Shown one piece after another: positions 62,050 to 64,000 of a stretch of 64,000 nucleotides of DNA. A program made the translations under genes and the position numbers. The notes below the pieces were generated by a model, which searched no databases, was not told where the DNA came from, and saw only the letters and a program-made list of their open reading frames with translations. Numbering within the stretch: position 1 is the first letter of the stretch; the number at the start of each line of letters is the position of its first letter. Source of the DNA: Bugula neritina (lineage: Eukaryota; Animalia; Bryozoa); NCBI GenBank assembly GCA_964035545.1, contig OZ037767.1:26180628-26244627 (forward strand), written 5' to 3'.

Positions 62050-63762
62050 TTATCTTCTGAATTTCCTCGCTTTCTTAGCACTTGGTTCACCACTGTGGGA
62101 GTGCAAGTACTCTATGCACTTAGTCGATTTGCATTGCTGTGCCTGTAATTGTCAAGTTAAATATGCTACAGCATGAACCCTACTCTGTAAAACCAAATTG
62201 CTAGAAAATCTACTCTACAAAGTTTGTAACATCAAAATGGCTTCAATTAATAGCAAATGCTTAATTTTGTAAACTTGATATCAAAACAGAAATATTAGCT
62301 AATTTTATGGATGTGAAGTGACATTTGGAATTTAAACTTTATAGACAACGCTTAGCAGAGGCTAAAAAATAAAGATTGCATTGAATGAATTGACATCATT
62401 TATATATGGGCACTCTTATATATTTCTGATGTGTTTAAATATATTATAGTGTACTTGCAAGCAGTCAAGCACTGTGTTTCATAATATATACTACACAACA
62501 ACATACATTGATTTTTGCAAATGTTGTTTCTTATAACTTTTGTCAGATTTTGCAAAGTAGGTGCAGTAATGGAGAAATTGAGAAAAGCCTGTGTTCTAGA
62601 TTAGAAATTTAGCATGAGAAGCTATGTTCTCGAGAGAGTTTCAACCCGTGATCCAAACCAAAATGCAATAACAAAGTTAAACAACTTAGGCTATCCCAAT
62701 TTCTTCACCACTGCACCTAAATAGATGGTACTTGTGTGTAAAAATTAGTAAAAATTTTGCTTTACCATTTCTAAAGGCGTCTTGGAGCTGTAGTCAGCAA
62801 CTGTCATGGAGGCACCAGCAGCAGCAAATGCTTTCAACAGATCCACATCATTACGAGCAGCAGCTCTAGAATGAAAATAGTTTTCACTGAACAAGAACAG
62901 AGTTCTGCTATCTGAAAACATCAGAGCAGCAATGGCTGAGAAATGGATGAGAAACTCGACTATTTAGGGAGCAAAATAAAGCGTAAATTTGGAGTAATAT
63001 CTAAGCTTTTGAATCAACCTGTAGCTGAGATTTACTAGTTTAATAACACTGACTTGTTGAGCTCAACTCCGAGTTCCGTTGAATCCATAGTCAGGTGAGC
63101 TCCATGTCTGGACAACAACAGAACATTCTCCATCTTTTTGGATTGTACAGCTTCAAAAAGTGCAGATCTTCCCAATCTACCAGACAAGAACATGCAGTTG
63201 TATATTATCAACATGAATTTTTTCTAACTTCTTAAAGTTCTTCAAGAATAGATATTGCAAGGGTTTTTAAGATTTGTATTTGGGCAGGAAGCAGGAGCTG
63301 CATGAAGTGTTCAAGTAGTAAAACAAAACAGTTCAGCACCTATTGCATATAATTATATTTTCAGATTCTACATTTCTTATTAGGTAGTTGAGAGGGGATT
63401 CCCAACTGTGGTTCCTATAGGACAATAGAGATAATTTTTGTGTACAAAAAGGCAAGGAAGAAAAAAATATCTGATTAACAGACAATGGATAAGGAAAAGA
63501 GTAAGATAATAATTAGGAGAAAAGAAAGAGCAAGAGTAAGGTAATGATCAGAGCAATAATTAAATTATCATATTATATTATGTGAAACTAGAAATGTGAA
63601 AGGTTGTAGGTAAGGTAAGAATTGGGGCAAGATTAGAGTGTAAAGATAAAAGCAATAGCATGGAATTCGATAAATATGAATTCAGGAATGGAGTATTGGA
63701 AAATGAAAAAGCATAAAATTAAAAGAACAAGTGGAGAGAGAGTGGGGGAGGGAGAGGGACGA

Positions 63763-63860
<98 letters not shown>

Positions 63861-64000
63861 GGGGAGGGGAAGAGAGAGAATGTAGAATCATGAGGTTATA
63901 TTTAGCTTACCGATCTCTTGTCTGAACTGAGGCCCCTTTCTTTATGAGATCTTGAATTATGTCCGTTTTACCTTCTATTACAGCAAAATGCAAAGCTGTT
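62050..64000 (-). CDS. ASPG: 3' ankyrin-repeat exons of a second tandem ASPG paralog (5' part beyond the window)
   Basis: 61.7-64.0 kb closely repeats 51.5-53.35 kb; the last exons are nearly identical ([24 protein letters not shown]). Confidence 0.88.
63765..63856. repeat. (GA)n microsatellite
   Basis: Direct inspection. Confidence 0.95.

Overview
AT-rich, intron-rich animal (probably invertebrate) genomic DNA. The main feature is a complete, apparently young 16.1-kb Polinton/Maverick element (integrated adintovirus-like DNA virus) at 8406-24541. It has AGTAGT...ACTACT termini, ~180-200 bp TIRs and a perfect 6-bp AATGCT target duplication. All its genes lie on the minus strand: adenain protease, major capsid, pVII/pVI-like core protein, penton, integrase-chromodomain, pX-like protein, packaging ATPase and a spliced protein-primed PolB, plus accessory genes. 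The most striking internal signals are five abutting perfect p53 half-sites (14803-14852) directly upstream of the ATPase/integrase/virion gene block, next to a Bcl-2-like ORF. Together they suggest a p53/DNA-damage-inducible provirus with its own apoptosis brake, which is a hypothesis only. The element also has spliceosomal introns in its replication genes, one splitting PolB motif B, and a ~14-copy 109-bp TATA-containing array upstream of PolB. It is inserted in the last coding exon of a host NTAN1 gene. Host flanks contain an Academ-like transposon end, a GMC oxidoreductase, a small PAN/apple-like secreted protein gene, two divergent innexin-like paralogs, two tandem asparaginase-ankyrin (ASPG) genes, and a tiny LTR element whose 105-bp LTRs contain a tRNA-like sequence. 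Exon boundaries were read by eye and no database searches were run.
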